Source of the DNA: Candidatus Scalinduaceae bacterium
GTDB lineage: Bacteria; Planctomycetota; Brocadiia; Brocadiales; Scalinduaceae
NCBI GenBank assembly: GCA_046759445.1
Contig: JBHICG010000001.1
Location: forward strand, 64,001-128,000
DNA: 64,000 nt
Direction: 5' to 3'
This document shows, piece after piece, positions 1 through 11,132 of this stretch. Below the pieces are notes generated by a model. The model saw nothing but the letters and a program-made list of their open reading frames with translations. It did not search any database and was not told the origin of the DNA. A program made the translations under genes and the position numbers. Position 1 is the stretch's first letter, and each line of letters starts with the position of its first letter.

Positions 1-1
1 T

Positions 2-280
2 GCTAACGCTAGATCTGAAATAATAAGTACCATCGAAAAGCATGCAGTATGGAATACAGGCGAAAATCTAGCAAAGATTAAAAATGACCTTAAACATTTT
101 CATTATGTAAATAAAGACTATGAAGTTCGGGGAGGATTTAGTGACATTAAATATAGCGATGTATATATATCTAAACAATATTTACATGTTTATGCAGAAT
201 TTTCTGGAAACATGACATTGAGGATTTTAAGTATTATAAGTCGATTTGGAGAAAAAGTGAGGGATAATGGCCTTAACTAA
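2..280 (+). CDS. 3' end of a gene entering from the left edge; hypothetical (possibly DUF4403-like C-terminus)
   Basis: Frame open from base 2 to TAA at 278-280 (ANARSEIISTIEKHAVWN...RDNGLN); absent from the ORF track because the start lies outside the window. Confidence 0.6.
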   Translation, partial: ANARSEIISTIEKHAVWNTGENLAKIKNDLKHFHYVNKDYEVRGGFSDIKYSDVYISKQYLHVYAEFSGNMTLRILSIISRFGEKVRDNGLN

Positions 281-499
281 AATAGAGGTTTTTCTTTACG
301 TATTTTCAACGATTCTGATTGGCACATAAATACAGCTTAATGTATTTTTCAATGTAGTCATTACTTTTTTGTTAGAATTTAAGAAATTTAAAAAGTGTGT
401 CTTATATATTTTTTGTTAAATATTGATTTATTATACGATATAATTATTCCTTTTGTTAATAATTCTCTTACAATTATCTTTCACTACAGATTTTTTTTT

Positions 500-1762
500 C
501 TAATTCTTAGAATCAGCTAATCGCATTTCATTATCAAGATCTTTAAGGAGGCCGTAACAAAAATCAATCTCTACATTACTTTGCCTGAGAACGTCCGCAA
601 GTTTTGCAGCTTCCTCTTTAGTTAAATCAATTGTTACGTCCGATAATGACTCCCTCCTGTTTACTTCTTGCATCTCTTTCTCCTCTTTCAGGGTTGGAAG
701 TACAATTGAAAACTCTTCATCGAATAAAAATTCTTCATCGAAATCAATGTTTTCGACATGTGTTCTTTCACGGTTTTCGTCAAGCGTCCTTTCGCGTGCC
801 GCAATCTCACTCTGAGATGACTCTTTTTTCTTATGAGCAACGCTCATGTTATGAAGTATCTCTTTATCTCCTGGTTGTTTTACTAGTATTTGTGCATATT
901 CGCTGATGGCTTCGTCATACATTTTGTTTTGTAAGTAAGCGACTCCGAGATTATAACGTGCATCTAACATATCCGGATTTATTTCAAGCGCTTTTTCCCA
1001 TGCAGAAACAGCCTCGCTTAACATTCCTTTTTCATCATATGCATTTCCAATATTGTAATAAGTGTCTGCAGAGTTTGGATTAATATCAATTCCCTTTTCC
1101 CATGTATCTATTGCCTCATCAAACAAGCCTTTATAGAATAAAATAAAACCTAAATTAGTATAGGCATCAACGTAATTGTTGTTTATGTTTATGGCTTTTT
1201 TATATAATGAAAGCGCTTCATCTATCATATTATTATCATAATAGGCATTTCCCAGGCTATAATACGCTTCTGCATAATCAGGTTTCAGTCTTATTGCATT
1301 ATTAAATTCCTTGATTGCATTATCTATTTCATCTATATTTGTATACGCAATGCCGAGGTGGTAACGGACTTCTGGGTCATCCGGATTAATTTCAATTGCC
1401 TTTTTATATGTAGTTATGGCTTTTTCAAACATGCCGTTTTTAATATATGCAACCCCTATATTAAAATATGCATCTGTGTCTGAGGGAGTAATTTCTGTCA
1501 CCTTTTCCCATGCCGATATTGCCTCTTCTATCATACCCTTTTCCTCATAAGCATTTCCTAAATTATAGTAAGCGACTACATATTCTGGATCAAGCTCTAT
1601 TGCCTTTTTCCATGCTGTAATTGCATCATCTATTACGCCTCTATCATAGAAAGATACCCCAAGGTCGTAATAAAAATCAGGATCATTTTCGCAATAAACT
1701 ATATTTTTTTGTAATGTAAAAACCGAAAAGATAACTAATAATGTGATTATGTGCTTTTTCAT
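500..1762 (-). CDS. Tetratricopeptide repeat protein, probably exported
   Basis: Tandem 34-aa repeats of the AYYNLGNAY...EAI..WEKA..INP type; N-terminal signal-like segment. Confidence 0.92.
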   Translation of the reverse strand: MKKHIITLLVIFSVFTLQKNIVYCENDPDFYYDLGVSFYDRGVIDDAITAWKKAIELDPEYVVAYYNLGNAYEEKGMIEEAISAWEKVTEITPSDTDAYFNIGVAYIKNGMFEKAITTYKKAIEINPDDPEVRYHLGIAYTNIDEIDNAIKEFNNAIRLKPDYAEAYYSLGNAYYDNNMIDEALSLYKKAININNNYVDAYTNLGFILFYKGLFDEAIDTWEKGIDINPNSADTYYNIGNAYDEKGMLSEAVSAWEKALEINPDMLDARYNLGVAYLQNKMYDEAISEYAQILVKQPGDKEILHNMSVAHKKKESSQSEIAARERTLDENRERTHVENIDFDEEFLFDEEFSIVLPTLKEEKEMQEVNRRESLSDVTIDLTKEEAAKLADVLRQSNVEIDFCYGLLKDLDNEMRLADSKN

Positions 1763-3071
1763 TTTATGGAATTTTACAAAATATTTAATTTGCTAGTTGA
1801 ATGTAGCTAGTAATTATTCTCATGCTACCAGTCAGATGGTTTTTGAGGCAAACGTTACAGTTTTGAATATATATTGATATATTGTATACAATTTTAACAC
1901 ATATCATGCCAAAGTGATTGCGTTTAAAAGAAAAGTCATAAGTTGTTAAACAAAAAGGCTTATATAATTAGAGGAATTTTAGAAAGCCAAAATATGATTA
2001 AAGTGTGTCTATTTATAAAACATTTTGTCAGTTTACCGTTGACACATGTAATAACGAAGGAACTTAATCATTTACTGATCCATCTTTTTATTTACCACAG
2101 TTATAACAACGTCTTTTGCTTAAAAAATATAAGCAAAATGCTTTCCATTTATGTGACAAAATGCAATATAAAGCAAATATTTCTATAAGTTATGGCTTAT
2201 ATATACCTCCCCACTCTACCTGCATCTAAAAAAGAAGCCGTATTACCCCACGCATGAATTTTCTAATCAGCGAGTGTAAACAATGTACACCAAAACGTAA
2301 CTAGCAGCGATTAAAACTTTAGTATGATTTTAAATCGAGTCGTTTGTTTATAAGACGGGAATACATATAAAATACGAATGGTCAGGAACAACACCATAAT
2401 TTGTATCTATCTCTATATTCAATGTTTAATAAAACACGGGCATCATTTTTGCGAAAATATGTAAAAAGTGCTGTAAATTTTGCGTTAACCTTTCTAAACA
2501 GTATTATTTTGAAACAGGCTAACTCCTTATATGACAATAATACAAATAATATTCATTTCATGAAATACTTTAAGTTTATTTTAGCAGATTGTGTAAAAAT
2601 GAAACAATATTTGAATAAATATTAAACACATATTCTATCTTACCGAATTTATTTTATTATAGCTTGCTATTAATCTTAAATAATTAAATAAACGTGAAAA
2701 TGGCATGGGAAGCGTAATAGCAAGCAATTCGTTCTGGTCCATACATGAAATATCGTTGAAAACAATCTTTGCTATTTTTTATAAACAATTAAAGGGAGTA
2801 TGTCTATAAGTCAGAGGCTGTTTTGAAGACTATAGTTCTTACTGCGAGACAGTTGACACGAATAAATAGGAAACAAGTGTCCTTTTGATAAATAGATTGC
2901 ACAATTTATAACCAAAGTGCAAAAGATGCATGATATAGTTTATCAGGAGAAGATATTATTTAAGATTATCAAAAGAAACTCCTATTGAATTACACCCGTA
3001 GAAGACGAAGATATAAGAGAATGTGTATAAAAAGGCTGAAAACATTCTTTTTAGTATAGAAAGGAAAAAAT

Positions 3072-4937
3072 ATGAAGATTTATATTGAACCAAACAAGAA
3101 TACCAAAGGTATACTATTATTTTTTATTACGCTATCTATTTCTGTATTTTGTCTAAATCATGTTGCATACACCTTCGAAGAAGTAAAATTTGTTCGGGAG
3201 TTAAGAACAGAATTAAAAGAACCTATCGATACTGCTGTATCACAAACAGGAGATGTGTATGTATTAGATAAAAAGTTATGTAAAGTGTTTGTTTTTGATC
3301 CTGAGGGAAAAATCAAGTTTAGCTTTGGAAAAGAAGGTTCACAGTTAGGAGAGCTTGACGAACCTCAATCCTTAGCTCTTTCTCTTAATGGTGAAATCGT
3401 CGTCTCTGATACCGGCAATAGCCGTGTACAGGTTTATGGGCCTAGCGGCCATTTCGCTTATGAAATAGGGAATCTAGGAACAGGCCCCGGTGAATTTAAA
3501 TCACCGAATAGTGTGGCTGTCGATCAATCAGGAAATATATACGTTGCCGATATTGCGTATAGAACAATTTCAAAATTTAGCCCTAATGGATGTTTTCTAA
3601 AAGCCTGGTCTGTTAAGCATGAACCCACAGACATTGTATTTGACGCAGAACAAAACATGTATGTTTTATTTGCTGAAGGTGGGAAGGTTGTTAAGTATCC
3701 TTCTCATAGCGGCAAAATTCAGGAGATAACCTTAAGTGATGACACTCGCAATTATATTTCTAGTGCAGCTAGCCTAGCTGTTGATATGCGGGGTGATATA
3801 TATCTTATGGAACTTGGCAATCACAGTGTTATCAAGATAGGTCAGAATGAAAGCTTCCTATTAGAGTTTGGCTCGAAGGGTGTGGGCAAAGGACAGTTTG
3901 ACAAACCGGCAGGTATTACGGCTGATAGTCAAGGAAACATTTATATAGCTGATTCGAGAAATAAAAGGGTGCAAGTATTAAATATCTCTGGAAGCCAAAA
4001 AGAGGGTTTGAAACCAGCCGGATACATACTACCCGTAATCGATTATGAAAAGTCCATTTATACGGGAGATACGGTTGTCGATATAAATTACGTCCCCAAT
4101 CAAGGTCTTTATGTCCTCCGTGATCATAATGCTCAGATTCTGTTAAAAGGAGAGAATAGTAAACGCATAGGAAAGTCAGATAAAAATGGTGTTAAACTAA
4201 GAAATCCTATGGCGCTTTATGCGTCTGATGATGGAAAGATTCTCGTTGCTGATACAGGGAACCATAGATTGTTATTTTTAAATCAGGATGGTACATACAT
4301 TTATCATTTCGGCAGAAAAGGGGATGATCGTAGTGAATTTAATGCCCTTCAGGGGGTTGCCGCTGATAAACAAGGTTATATTTATGTGGCTGATACGAAT
4401 AATAACCGCATTCAAGTCTTTAACGGTGACGGGATCTTTTTAAAATCCTTCGGGAAGAAAAGTGAGCAGATTGATGAACATGGCGCTGCACAGGGAACTT
4501 TTTTAAAACCGAAAGACTTAGTTTTTAATTCCAAGGAGCATCTTTATGTTCTTGATTATAAGAATAAACGAATTCAGATCTTCGAAAAAAATGGTAAGTA
4601 TTTAAAAGAAATTGGTGATATGCATGATGGAATGCGATTTATTGAACCGATAGATATTGATATTGATGAAAAAGATTATTTGTATGTCGCCGATAGAGGA
4701 AGCCACTCCATTAAGATATTTGACCCGCAAGGAAAATTCGTTATACAATTTGGTTCATCTGGTAAAGGTCCCAGTTATTTTCCACAAATCTCGGCAATAG
4801 CTAGTTCAAATAATAAAATCTATGTATCCGATTACAGCCTTAACAGTATAAAGGTGTTTGGTTTTAAACCGAAGACGGAAAACAAAGAAGAATTCAATTA
4901 TCTCACAAGGGTATCGTATCACACTCATTTTCAATAA
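3072..4937 (+). CDS. NHL-repeat beta-propeller protein
   Basis: Repeated GQFDKPAGITADSQGNIYIADSRNKRVQV-type motifs; hydrophobic N-terminal segment. Confidence 0.92.
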   Translation: MKIYIEPNKNTKGILLFFITLSISVFCLNHVAYTFEEVKFVRELRTELKEPIDTAVSQTGDVYVLDKKLCKVFVFDPEGKIKFSFGKEGSQLGELDEPQSLALSLNGEIVVSDTGNSRVQVYGPSGHFAYEIGNLGTGPGEFKSPNSVAVDQSGNIYVADIAYRTISKFSPNGCFLKAWSVKHEPTDIVFDAEQNMYVLFAEGGKVVKYPSHSGKIQEITLSDDTRNYISSAASLAVDMRGDIYLMELGNHSVIKIGQNESFLLEFGSKGVGKGQFDKPAGITADSQGNIYIADSRNKRVQVLNISGSQKEGLKPAGYILPVIDYEKSIYTGDTVVDINYVPNQGLYVLRDHNAQILLKGENSKRIGKSDKNGVKLRNPMALYASDDGKILVADTGNHRLLFLNQDGTYIYHFGRKGDDRSEFNALQGVAADKQGYIYVADTNNNRIQVFNGDGIFLKSFGKKSEQIDEHGAAQGTFLKPKDLVFNSKEHLYVLDYKNKRIQIFEKNGKYLKEIGDMHDGMRFIEPIDIDIDEKDYLYVADRGSHSIKIFDPQGKFVIQFGSSGKGPSYFPQISAIASSNNKIYVSDYSLNSIKVFGFKPKTENKEEFNYLTRVSYHTHFQ

Positions 4938-5409
4938 TTCAAGGAACAAATTGCCTGAATTCACTATTGATTTCTGTTTTGCTTATTCCTGTACTATTAA
5001 TGCCTGAGGCAGTATTTTAAAATAAAATGCTCTACTAATGTCTATTTTTTGTTTTCATGAATATTAATTAATACCTTTTAGTGTGGTGTCCAAAGTGTCG
5101 ATTTAAGATTTTAAAGGGAAAATTTAGCAAGTCGGTACGAGATATAATAAAACAACTATGTGAATAGAAGAAGGTAGAAATATTGGAAAGGAATGTGCAA
5201 AAAACCGTGTCTACTTGGTATTGTCATTTCTACCAAAATACTTGATTGCATAAATAACGGTTTTTTAAAGGTAAGAGTGTAATAAGTATATTCGATAAGT
5301 ATACGGAATTGGAAAATCGATACTGGACAGACTTTTTTGGAAGAAAGGATACTGTTTGAGTACAATAGGTCTTGATAAGGGTAAAATCAGTAAATATGTA
5401 AGATGGTAT

Positions 5410-6615
5410 ATGTTCCTAAAATCGTACTTTGATTACAAAAACAAAACTATCTTTGCTTATCTTACCATAATATCTTGTTTATTACATATTGTCTTTATCT
5501 TCTCTTCTTCCAGTTTAAGTTACTTTCTAAGATCAGAATTTGATCTTAATGATTATGTATCACAGACGAGTAACTATGTGATTGAGATAGAACTTGAAAC
5601 AGAAAGAGAGGAAGAAGAAAACGAGGAAGGCGAAGAAATATCAAAAGAAGAGGAAAAGGCCAAAGAAGATTTGTCTAAAGAGAAAAGACAACTTTTTGTA
5701 GATACGTCTGATAAGATAACTGACGAGGAACCTGAAGCAGATACTGATAGAATAGGAGAGAAGGGTTCAATAGCAAAAGATATGTATACTGGAAAAGATA
5801 ACATAAATAATGATCCTAGATTAACGGGTGATGTTAAATTACTTGCCAACGTTCCAGATGAACTTATATCTGCAAAACCTCAGGGGGAAGGCTTAACAAT
5901 GGAGGGTAGAGAGGATGTTCAACCTTTAGTTGATGAGAAAATGGATTATAGTTTATCCGATATGGATAACAGTGAAATAAAATCAACGGACAGTGAGGTA
6001 TCTAATGAGATGTTAGACGAATCTGTTGTTCAAGAAGACACAAAGATGGAAGATGAAAAAGAAGTTATAGAGGAAAGTAAGGATGAAATAGCTGAGGTTG
6101 CTAAGGAATATACAGAAATAGCATCAATCCCCAAAAACAGAATAATAGAAACAATTGAAGGTAGCAAAGAAAGTGTTTCTAATAAGGTTCAAAACGATGA
6201 GGTTCTACCTGAATCTCAAATAAATAATAATATACCTTACGGTGACGATACTCCCTTTTTTGAGGATAATATATCAAATGCATCAGTTCAAGGTGAGGGA
6301 TCTTTTAATATAAAGAAACATGAATACGCACAATATTATAAACACATAAGAGATCAGATAAGATCGTATTGGTTATTACAATACGGAACGGATGCATCTA
6401 TTAATCTGGTAACAAAGAGTTACGAACCTATAATTGTTGAATTTAAAGTAATCTCTTCAGGCAAAATAGTTAATGTTGTAATTGACAATGCGGCAGGTAA
6501 TGAACTGTTAGCGTCTAAGATGCAAGCCTCAGTTAAAAATACTATTTTGAAAGTGTTCCCGAATTATGTTGATGAAAAGTATATAAATGTCAAATTTAAT
6601 TTTTATTTCTTTTAA
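5410..6615 (+). CDS. TonB/TolA-like energy transducer (N-terminal TM, long acidic linker, TonB C-terminal-like domain)
   Basis: SCLLH TM motif, E/D-rich spacer, C-terminal beta-rich domain; directly upstream of exbB/exbD; ATG 5410 preferred to TTG 5356. Confidence 0.75.
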   Translation: MFLKSYFDYKNKTIFAYLTIISCLLHIVFIFSSSSLSYFLRSEFDLNDYVSQTSNYVIEIELETEREEEENEEGEEISKEEEKAKEDLSKEKRQLFVDTSDKITDEEPEADTDRIGEKGSIAKDMYTGKDNINNDPRLTGDVKLLANVPDELISAKPQGEGLTMEGREDVQPLVDEKMDYSLSDMDNSEIKSTDSEVSNEMLDESVVQEDTKMEDEKEVIEESKDEIAEVAKEYTEIASIPKNRIIETIEGSKESVSNKVQNDEVLPESQINNNIPYGDDTPFFEDNISNASVQGEGSFNIKKHEYAQYYKHIRDQIRSYWLLQYGTDASINLVTKSYEPIIVEFKVISSGKIVNVVIDNAAGNELLASKMQASVKNTILKVFPNYVDEKYINVKFNFYFF

Positions 6616-6633
6616 AATGTGGAGGGTAATATA

Positions 6634-7290
6634 ATGGAATGGCTGGCGGGCGGTGGCCCAATAATGATACCTTTATTTATTTGTTCTGTTCTGGCACTTG
6701 CAGTTATTCTGGAGTGCGCCATAAATCTTAGAAGAAACCATATTATAAAACCAGAACTAGTTGATTTGGTAAATGCTATTAAGGGGAAAGGAGATATTAA
6801 AATAATCCCTAACAAATGCAATGCTATAAGGGGTCCATTTTCCAATATTATTAAGCGAGCAATCTCAAATAATCATTTATCAAGAGAAGAGAAGTTGTTG
6901 GATATACAGGCCGCAGGTAGGCAAGAGGGCAGAACATTGGAACGAAAGTTAATAATACTGGAAATCATCACCGCAATAGCACCACTTCTTGGATTGCTTG
7001 GAACGGTACTTGGTATGAGTCAGGTCTTTGGTGTAATATCAGATATAGGATTAGGTCAAACAAAGGCATTTTCTGGGGGAATTGCACAAGCTCTCAGGAC
7101 TACAATCATCGGGCTGAGCGTCGCAATACCATCTTTAATAGCTTATAGTAGTTTTGATAAAAAAGTTGATCGCCTGATACTCGAGATGGAGAAGTATTCC
7201 ATGTTGCTTCTAAACAAGATTTATTCTAAAGAAGAAAGCAGACCAGAGATGCTTAGTGTAAAAGAGTCTGATGCGGTTTACGCCGGTTAG
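6634..7290 (+). CDS. exbB: MotA/TolQ/ExbB proton channel protein
   Basis: GGPIMIPL, APLLGLLGTVLGM and GGIAQALRTT motifs; GGAGG RBS before ATG 6634. Confidence 0.92.
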   Translation: MEWLAGGGPIMIPLFICSVLALAVILECAINLRRNHIIKPELVDLVNAIKGKGDIKIIPNKCNAIRGPFSNIIKRAISNNHLSREEKLLDIQAAGRQEGRTLERKLIILEIITAIAPLLGLLGTVLGMSQVFGVISDIGLGQTKAFSGGIAQALRTTIIGLSVAIPSLIAYSSFDKKVDRLILEMEKYSMLLLNKIYSKEESRPEMLSVKESDAVYAG

Positions 7291-7370
7291 ATAAGAAATT
7301 ATCTAATGGAGCAGTTTTTGTTCTATTTATATCACAGATTTTATTTGATGCTTTATCTAGTGAGGAAACT

Positions 7371-7787
7371 ATGCAATTTCGTCAAAAACGCTTTATAAAA
7401 CCAGTAATAAATATTACCCCCCTAGTGGATGTTCTCTTTTTACTCTTAATCTTTTTTATGGTTACATCTACATTTGTTGAACAGCCAAATATCAAATTAG
7501 AACTACCTTCTACAAAACATTCCGAAGCAAGTAAGATAGAAAGAATGGTATTAACCATCTCTCGTGAAGGACATTTATTTTTACAAAATAATCCTGTTGA
7601 TAAAAAAAATCTTGAGAAAGTTCTAAGAAGGTCAATTTTGGACAGAGGAGATGATACGCTGGTTGTAAAGGCTGATAAATGGGTACCTTATGGTGTTGTA
7701 ATAGATATCATGGATGATGCGAAATGGGCGGGGTTTAGGAAAATAATTGCTCCAACAATCTTGGAGGGTAAAGTAAAGGTACAATAG
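7371..7787 (+). CDS. exbD: ExbD/TolR biopolymer transport protein
   Basis: INITPLVDVLFLLLIFFMV motif; ADKWVPYG. Confidence 0.93.
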   Translation: MQFRQKRFIKPVINITPLVDVLFLLLIFFMVTSTFVEQPNIKLELPSTKHSEASKIERMVLTISREGHLFLQNNPVDKKNLEKVLRRSILDRGDDTLVVKADKWVPYGVVIDIMDDAKWAGFRKIIAPTILEGKVKVQ

Positions 7788-8119
7788 CTATTCAGCCACA
7801 AAATATAAAGACACCAATGTTGTGTGAATTAAGGGTTATCAGTCACTATAATCACTTTGTGGGGAGAAATTGGTGTAGTAATTGGATTAAGGTAAAATAG
7901 TAAAATGACTATTGAGCTTACTCCGAATAACATTTGCAAAACCCTCATTCTAATAAATAATACGTTAGGAAATATTAAGCAAAATTGAAGCACAATAGCA
8001 ATGTAAATGCGTATAGTATTGTGACCTTGATAAAGTAGTTTCCCTTTCTATGCTTCTTATTTTTTCATTTTGAAAATCCTTTTCCTGTAGATACCCACGA
8101 GTAAGTCAGTGGAACTCTG

Positions 8120-8662
8120 CTATGGCTTAGAACGTTGTTCTTCTATTTTACGGCTAGTGTAATCCATGAGTCGTTTTCTAATTTCTTTTGCAAGTGAACG
8201 TAGTTTTGCTTCTATATCACTGATGTCAGATTTAAGTTGGTTTGCGATAGGTATTATTGCTGCATGGTTAATTTTAGTGATTTTCTGATTTACTCTCTTC
8301 AGAAAACTATCTGCTAATGTTAGCCATATTTGAGCATATCTTTGGAGAAATCTTGATGCCATCAGTTTGTCAGTTTCACACACGGTATTGTCATATATAG
8401 TTAGGAGGTCATGAAGATGTTCTAGTGTATGTACGCACTCTCTTGCAATCCCAGAGAGTCCCCTTGTATATATTTCATCATACATCTCTAGCTCACCAGA
8501 GTTGATTAAATCTGTAAAAGCATTCGAATAATTCACTATTTTACCTAAGGACTGTTTAATATCCTGTTCCATTTCTTTGGGAGATATTTCAGCCCACACG
8601 GATTTTATGGACAGAGTGATAATTATCACGAACATAAGTGTAACTGATTTCAAAATATTCAT
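8120..8662 (-). CDS. Hypothetical exported helical protein
   Basis: 180-aa ORF with signal peptide (VWA cleavage-like site); no family recognised. Confidence 0.65.
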   Translation of the reverse strand: MNILKSVTLMFVIIITLSIKSVWAEISPKEMEQDIKQSLGKIVNYSNAFTDLINSGELEMYDEIYTRGLSGIARECVHTLEHLHDLLTIYDNTVCETDKLMASRFLQRYAQIWLTLADSFLKRVNQKITKINHAAIIPIANQLKSDISDIEAKLRSLAKEIRKRLMDYTSRKIEEQRSKP

Positions 8663-8831
8663 ATAAGCTTCCTTATGTGTAAATTGTCAGAATTCTTCAT
8701 GTATCTATGTTTCTTCAAGTATTCTTGAAATACGTTTCTTATTATCTGTGCCTATTTTATAAAACAAAGATGAGTGTTTCGAGACATGCTATTTGTGCAA
8801 GTAAAGTCTATGTTATTGTAAAGATAACTAA

Positions 8832-10532
8832 TCATGTTCTTTTCTTTAAATGATTACTTAATTGTGCGTATGTGCTACATATAGAATCTGCTAACTTCTC
8901 TGGGTCGTGTCTTATTAAATCCTGCTTTTCCCATAGTACTCTTCTTTGTTCAATATTCTCAATCAAGTCTGTGATAACAACCTTTACATTATCAATTTCC
9001 TCCAAATCTTTATCCAGAGTCACAATTTCGGCCCCTTCATTTTTATATTTTTCCATAATTTCCTTACGTGGGAAATTATTGTTAACAAGTGCATAATCTA
9101 AAACACCCTCACCAAGATAATTTACAATTGTCTTAATATGGTCAGATTCGGTGTAATTGTCTGTTTGTCCTGGTTGTGTAACAATATTACATAAGTATAT
9201 CTTTACTGCCTTTGTTTTCTTTAATGCTTCTTTTATACCACAAACAAGAAGGTTACTTACAATGCTTGTATAAAGGCTTCCTGGGCCGATTACAACGATA
9301 TCTGCCCTATTAATTTCGCTGATGACATCTGGAGGACATTCTACACTGTCTGACTTCAGAAAGGCCTTTTTTATTGGTGCCTTTCGTAATGCCCGTACAT
9401 TAAATTCCTCTTCTACAATAGAACCGTCCTCTAATTCAGCACAAATATGTGTACTTGAAAGTGTTGATGGCAAAACTTTTCCTTTAATTGCCAGTATTTT
9501 ACTCGCTTTCTTTATTGCTTGTTCAAAACTACCTGTTATATCTGTTAATGCCGTCATCAGTAAATTCCCGAGACTCATACCATCAAGAGAACCTTTATTA
9601 AACCTATATTGAAAGAGCTGGTATAAATCCTTTTCCTGTTCCTCTGTTTCTGATAGCGATATCAAACAGTTTCGTGCATCACCTGGTGGTAAAATTCCAT
9701 ATTGTTCCCTTATGATGCCTGAACTCCTGCCAGAATCAGTAACCGTTACAATTGCTGTCAGATTTTCACTATATGTTTTCAATCCTTCAAGTGCTATCGG
9801 GAGCCCAGTACCACCACCAATAGCTAAAATACTTAATCGGTCACGCGTCTTCCCAATATCTTTTAATTTAAGCACAGTTGGCAGTTGAAAGATTCGCTTT
9901 ATCTTGTAATCAGGCTTGTTTAAATCGTCGCCTGCTGTTTCTATTTTAAATCTTCCATGTAACATCTGAACGGTTACCATACCCATAGATTTTGCAATTC
10001 TGAGTTCTACTCTTACACGGTCTCCAACAGCAACAACATCTATTGGATTTAATTTGTATTTCTTTACAATTTCTTCGAAGCATTCCTTCATCAATAAGCC
10101 AACTTCCTGGTCGTTAATTATTATTTCATCAAAATAAGGCTCGAGTTCAAGTAATTCTACCTTCTTTCGTTGTCTTTCATAGATTCCTGTTGTTAGTAAA
10201 AATAACATATATTTTTCCTGAGCTAACTTTTTTAACGTTGATATGACATCTGGAAAAAGTTTTATATCTGACACTTCATTACTATTATATGCTTTTAAAA
10301 TATCATCAACAAACTTGTTATCTTTCCCAAATTTTTTAGCTATTTCTGTAAACACAAGATAATAAGGACCATGTTTTTCCGATAGCTCTTTCTGCATTAA
10401 ATATGACTCTTCCTCTGTACACGGCAGTCCTCCTTTAATCATCGCCTTTGCAGCGCGTCTCCTTGATGCTTCAAGTAGAGAACCTGTACAATCGTATAAC
10501 GTATCGTCAAGATCAAATATAATTGCTTTCAT
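8832..10532 (-). CDS. yvcK: HAD-superfamily hydrolase fused to YvcK/GlmR (UPF0052, CofD-like) domain
   Basis: N-terminal FDLDDTLYD and VGDR HAD motifs; C-terminal IGGGTGL, VTVTDSGRSSG, PPGDARNCL and GPGSLYTS YvcK motifs. Confidence 0.88.
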   Translation of the reverse strand: MKAIIFDLDDTLYDCTGSLLEASRRRAAKAMIKGGLPCTEEESYLMQKELSEKHGPYYLVFTEIAKKFGKDNKFVDDILKAYNSNEVSDIKLFPDVISTLKKLAQEKYMLFLLTTGIYERQRKKVELLELEPYFDEIIINDQEVGLLMKECFEEIVKKYKLNPIDVVAVGDRVRVELRIAKSMGMVTVQMLHGRFKIETAGDDLNKPDYKIKRIFQLPTVLKLKDIGKTRDRLSILAIGGGTGLPIALEGLKTYSENLTAIVTVTDSGRSSGIIREQYGILPPGDARNCLISLSETEEQEKDLYQLFQYRFNKGSLDGMSLGNLLMTALTDITGSFEQAIKKASKILAIKGKVLPSTLSSTHICAELEDGSIVEEEFNVRALRKAPIKKAFLKSDSVECPPDVISEINRADIVVIGPGSLYTSIVSNLLVCGIKEALKKTKAVKIYLCNIVTQPGQTDNYTESDHIKTIVNYLGEGVLDYALVNNNFPRKEIMEKYKNEGAEIVTLDKDLEEIDNVKVVITDLIENIEQRRVLWEKQDLIRHDPEKLADSICSTYAQLSNHLKKRT

Positions 10533-10633
10533 AGTCTATATAGTAAAAAAACTACGAGGAAACATTGATAGAAATAAAAGAAATGTTATAGTAGTAAATA
10601 CTGTAAGAAAACCTTTCCCTAACGGAAGTTTGC

Positions 10634-11125
10634 TTACCTTACGTTTATTTTGTTAATTTCAGACGTAAAACTAACTTTACTGCCAACTCTGATTTCGTTT
10701 TTCCTGAACCAGTCCTCTTCCATCTCAAGAGCGTATCTTACTTTATCTTCTGATACGTGATTTGTTAAGCTATATGGAACCATAGACTCTATCTGTATAA
10801 TTTTTCCATTAGAATTTATAAAGGCGAGAGAAAGAGGAATTCTTGTATTTTTCATCCAAAAAGACAAATATTCTTCCTGTGGATAAATAAATAACATACC
10901 ATGATTCTTGTCTAGTTTTTCTCTAAACATTAAACCCAGCATACGTTCACTTTGTGTAGACGCAACTTCCACATGAATGATTTCGTTATTTATCTTTATT
11001 TCGTATAGGCTGCTGTTTGATATATTGGTATGTTTAGAGCAACCCCAGAGCACCGGAGTTAATACTACAAGAAAGAATATTTGGAAATAGTTACTTCTTA
11101 CGATGTCAAAGCAAGAACTCATCAT
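10634..11125 (-). CDS. DUF192 family lipoprotein
   Basis: GLMFR...GMLF...FWMKNTRIPL...YALE; lipobox LWGC. Confidence 0.9.
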   Translation of the reverse strand: MMSSCFDIVRSNYFQIFFLVVLTPVLWGCSKHTNISNSSLYEIKINNEIIHVEVASTQSERMLGLMFREKLDKNHGMLFIYPQEEYLSFWMKNTRIPLSLAFINSNGKIIQIESMVPYSLTNHVSEDKVRYALEMEEDWFRKNEIRVGSKVSFTSEINKINVR

Positions 11126-11132
11126 AAAGTAA

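Noticed and set aside
1895..2716. TGGCAT sites near 1910 (minus) and 2701 (plus) as sigma-54 promoters
   Set aside because: The -12 TTGC element is not matched
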